From: an uncultured Candidatus Saccharibacteria bacterium
GTDB taxonomy: Bacteria; Patescibacteriota; Saccharimonadia; Saccharimonadales; Saccharimonadaceae
NCBI GenBank assembly: GCA_965242265.1
Contig: CBDERS010000043.1
Span: 1 to 58,507, forward strand
Length of the DNA stretch: 58,507 nt
Reading direction: 5' to 3'
This document shows positions 56,825 to 58,507 of the stretch, in pieces. The translations under genes and the position numbers were made by a program. Below the pieces are notes generated by a model. The model ran no database searches. It was not told the DNA's origin and saw only the letters and a list, made by a program, of their open reading frames with translations. Position 1 is the first letter of the stretch, and the number at the start of each line of letters is the position of its first letter.

Positions 56825-57526
56825 ATGCTACTACTGTTAGACGATTTGCTCGGGCTACTTTCACCCCATATTTGTAAGCGTTGTGGTGTTGTAGGTAGTA
56901 CTTATTGCAAGCGTTGTATTTATGACGTAGTTGAGCAGCCGTACTCCGTTTGCCTGAACTGCCGTGGTAGATGCTCACCGGATAACCTCTGCCCTAATTG
57001 TCACAAGGCACTATCTTGTTTCACTAGGTTGATCTCTATCGCTCCTAGGCAGGGCTCACTGAAACACTTGGTTGACGGCTATAAGTTTCATAGCGAAGTG
57101 GCCTCGGCACAGGTTCTAGCTGAGCTGATCGATCTGCGGCTGGGCGACCTGCCGGCAGAGACGGTAATCGTCCCTATTCCTACGGTAGCTAGCCATATTA
57201 GAGAGCGAGGCTTTGATCATATGCTCCTAGTGGCGAAACAATTAGCTAGGAGGCGTCAGCTGGCGGTAGCTGACCGTATTCTCATGAGGACGGACAACTT
57301 ATCTCAGCACCGGCTGAGTGCTCCGGATCGGCATCGTCTGATCAGCAAGTCGCTAGTTCTCTCACCTGTCTATGATCAGCCGGTTAATGATGATATCCCG
57401 AGGAGCGTTCTGCTACTTGATGATATCTGGACGACCGGCTCGACCATGATCAGAGCCGCTGGACTTCTTAAAAAAGCCGGTGTCAGGCATATTATTGCCG
57501 TGGCCATCCTAACTCAGCCTAAGTAG
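56825..57526 (+). CDS. comF: ComF family protein (zinc ribbon plus PRTase)
   Basis: CxxC pairs, RERGFD, LLLDDIWTTGST; start at ATG 56825. Confidence 0.9.
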   Translation: MLLLLDDLLGLLSPHICKRCGVVGSTYCKRCIYDVVEQPYSVCLNCRGRCSPDNLCPNCHKALSCFTRLISIAPRQGSLKHLVDGYKFHSEVASAQVLAELIDLRLGDLPAETVIVPIPTVASHIRERGFDHMLLVAKQLARRRQLAVADRILMRTDNLSQHRLSAPDRHRLISKSLVLSPVYDQPVNDDIPRSVLLLDDIWTTGSTMIRAAGLLKKAGVRHIIAVAILTQPK

Positions 57527-57568
57527 CCGCCAGAACCATTTGGGGCATAACGAATAATGTCTATAGCT

Positions 57569-57658
57569 TGGCGGAAGAGGAGGGATTCGAACCCTCGAAG
57601 ACCTTGCGGTCTTATCGCTTTTCGAGAGCGACCAGATCAACCACTCCTGCACCCTTCC
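57569..57658 (-). tRNA. tRNA-Ser (CGA)
   Basis: GGAAGGG acceptor, anticodon loop CTCGAAA, long variable arm, GGTTCGAATCC, G73-CCA. Confidence 0.95.
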
Positions 57659-57679
57659 CTGACTGCTAGTATAGCATGC

Positions 57680-58321
57680 TTACAGCTTGAGGTAGCGGAT
57701 AAGCTTATCGATACCCCGCTCGGGCACTTCTTCCATCGGCAAGAAGTTAGCTAGCATATCGACGATTCTTTCACCGTCAGTCTCACTAATATATGGCGTG
57801 ACTTCCATGCCGAACTGGCGGTTGGGTATTAAGACCAGTTGCCACAGCTTGTCGCTCCGGCGGACGCCGAAAGAGTGAAACTCGCTATATGGGTGTAGCC
57901 TGTCGTTAATGTCTATCCCTTTACCGGAGATGGTGTATTTGACTACCCTGCTCGGCAGCTTAGCTGAGCTGACCAGGGCGATGTACATCACTATCAGTAA
58001 GACGGCGATGGTGATCGCTGAGACCAGCTCCATCCTCTTGATGGCGACCATGACTATGACGAAGACGAGCACCAGGCTGAATATCGCAGCGGCGATCTGA
58101 TACCATTTCTTGCTCCGCTGAGGCGATATTGAGCTGCTGGCTGTCCAGGTGATCGGCGGTAAATCCGGTACCCGGTCGGTAACTGACGATGTTTGACCAC
58201 TCGCCGAGGTGTTACCTATCGATTGAGCTGCACCACTCTGCCCCGTTGGTGGTAGGGGTGCTTGTTTGTCTTGGCCTTCTATAGGCGAAAGAGGCATATT
58301 GCCTGATCCACTATCTTGCAT
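57680..58321 (-). CDS. hypothetical membrane protein (two TMs plus a small C-terminal beta domain)
   Basis: ITW.A......RS..WY, 2 TMs, YTIS..GI.IN...Y..F.SF; start at ATG 58321, because the longer track ORF runs into the tRNA. Confidence 0.8.
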   Translation of the reverse strand: MQDSGSGNMPLSPIEGQDKQAPLPPTGQSGAAQSIGNTSASGQTSSVTDRVPDLPPITWTASSSISPQRSKKWYQIAAAIFSLVLVFVIVMVAIKRMELVSAITIAVLLIVMYIALVSSAKLPSRVVKYTISGKGIDINDRLHPYSEFHSFGVRRSDKLWQLVLIPNRQFGMEVTPYISETDGERIVDMLANFLPMEEVPERGIDKLIRYLKL

Positions 58322-58357
58322 AGACTCATTATAGCATAAGCTAGTTAAATAATTGCT

Positions 58358-58450
58358 TGGCGGAGGAGGGGAGATTCGAACTCCCGCGCCAGATTTCTCC
58401 AACCTAACGATTTAGCAAACCGTCCCCTTCAGCCACTTGGGTACTCCTCC
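58358..58450 (-). tRNA. tRNA-Ser (GCT)
   Basis: GGAGGAG acceptor, anticodon loop TTGCTAA, long variable arm, G73-CCA. Confidence 0.95.
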
Positions 58451-58507
58451 AGCTAGCAGTTATTCTAGCAGAGATCAGCTTAAATTGACAGCGCTCGGAT
58501 GAAGGCG

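Overview
Chromosomal origin region of a Saccharibacteria (TM7, Patescibacteria/CPR)-type genome. The assignment is inferred from gene content and compactness: rpmH-rnpA-yidC-jag without yidD, a bifunctional PGI/PMI, chromosomal PrgI/VirB4/VirB6/VirB2-like genes and an LGFP protein. In order the window holds: tilS, two tRNA-Met genes, a small decayed accessory patch, rny, tsaB, recA-recX, mscS, trmB; a ~21 kb surface-glycan locus (LCP, priming transferase, Wzy/ligase, several glycosyltransferases, an actinobacterial-type glf, Wzm/Wzt, GtrAB plus a GT-C, an acyltransferase, an LGFP-repeat putative wall hydrolase); the oriC block (jag-yidC-rnpA-rpmH / dnaA-oriC-dnaN-recF); then T4SS-like genes interleaved with housekeeping genes (PrgI, split VirB4, a giant VirB6, seven tandem VirB2-like pilins), groES/EL with a CIRCE box, hsp20, comF and two tRNA-Ser genes. 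The best leads are the pilin array with patchwork near-identical DNA blocks (possible recombinational pilus variation), a ~120-nt structured RNA with promoter and terminator directly upstream of an AT-rich T4SS-island gene, pervasive leaderless-type promoters, host-like (actinobacterial) envelope genes, and a CCGG-rich/CGCG-poor sequence signature. All family calls come from motif recognition by eye, not database searches.
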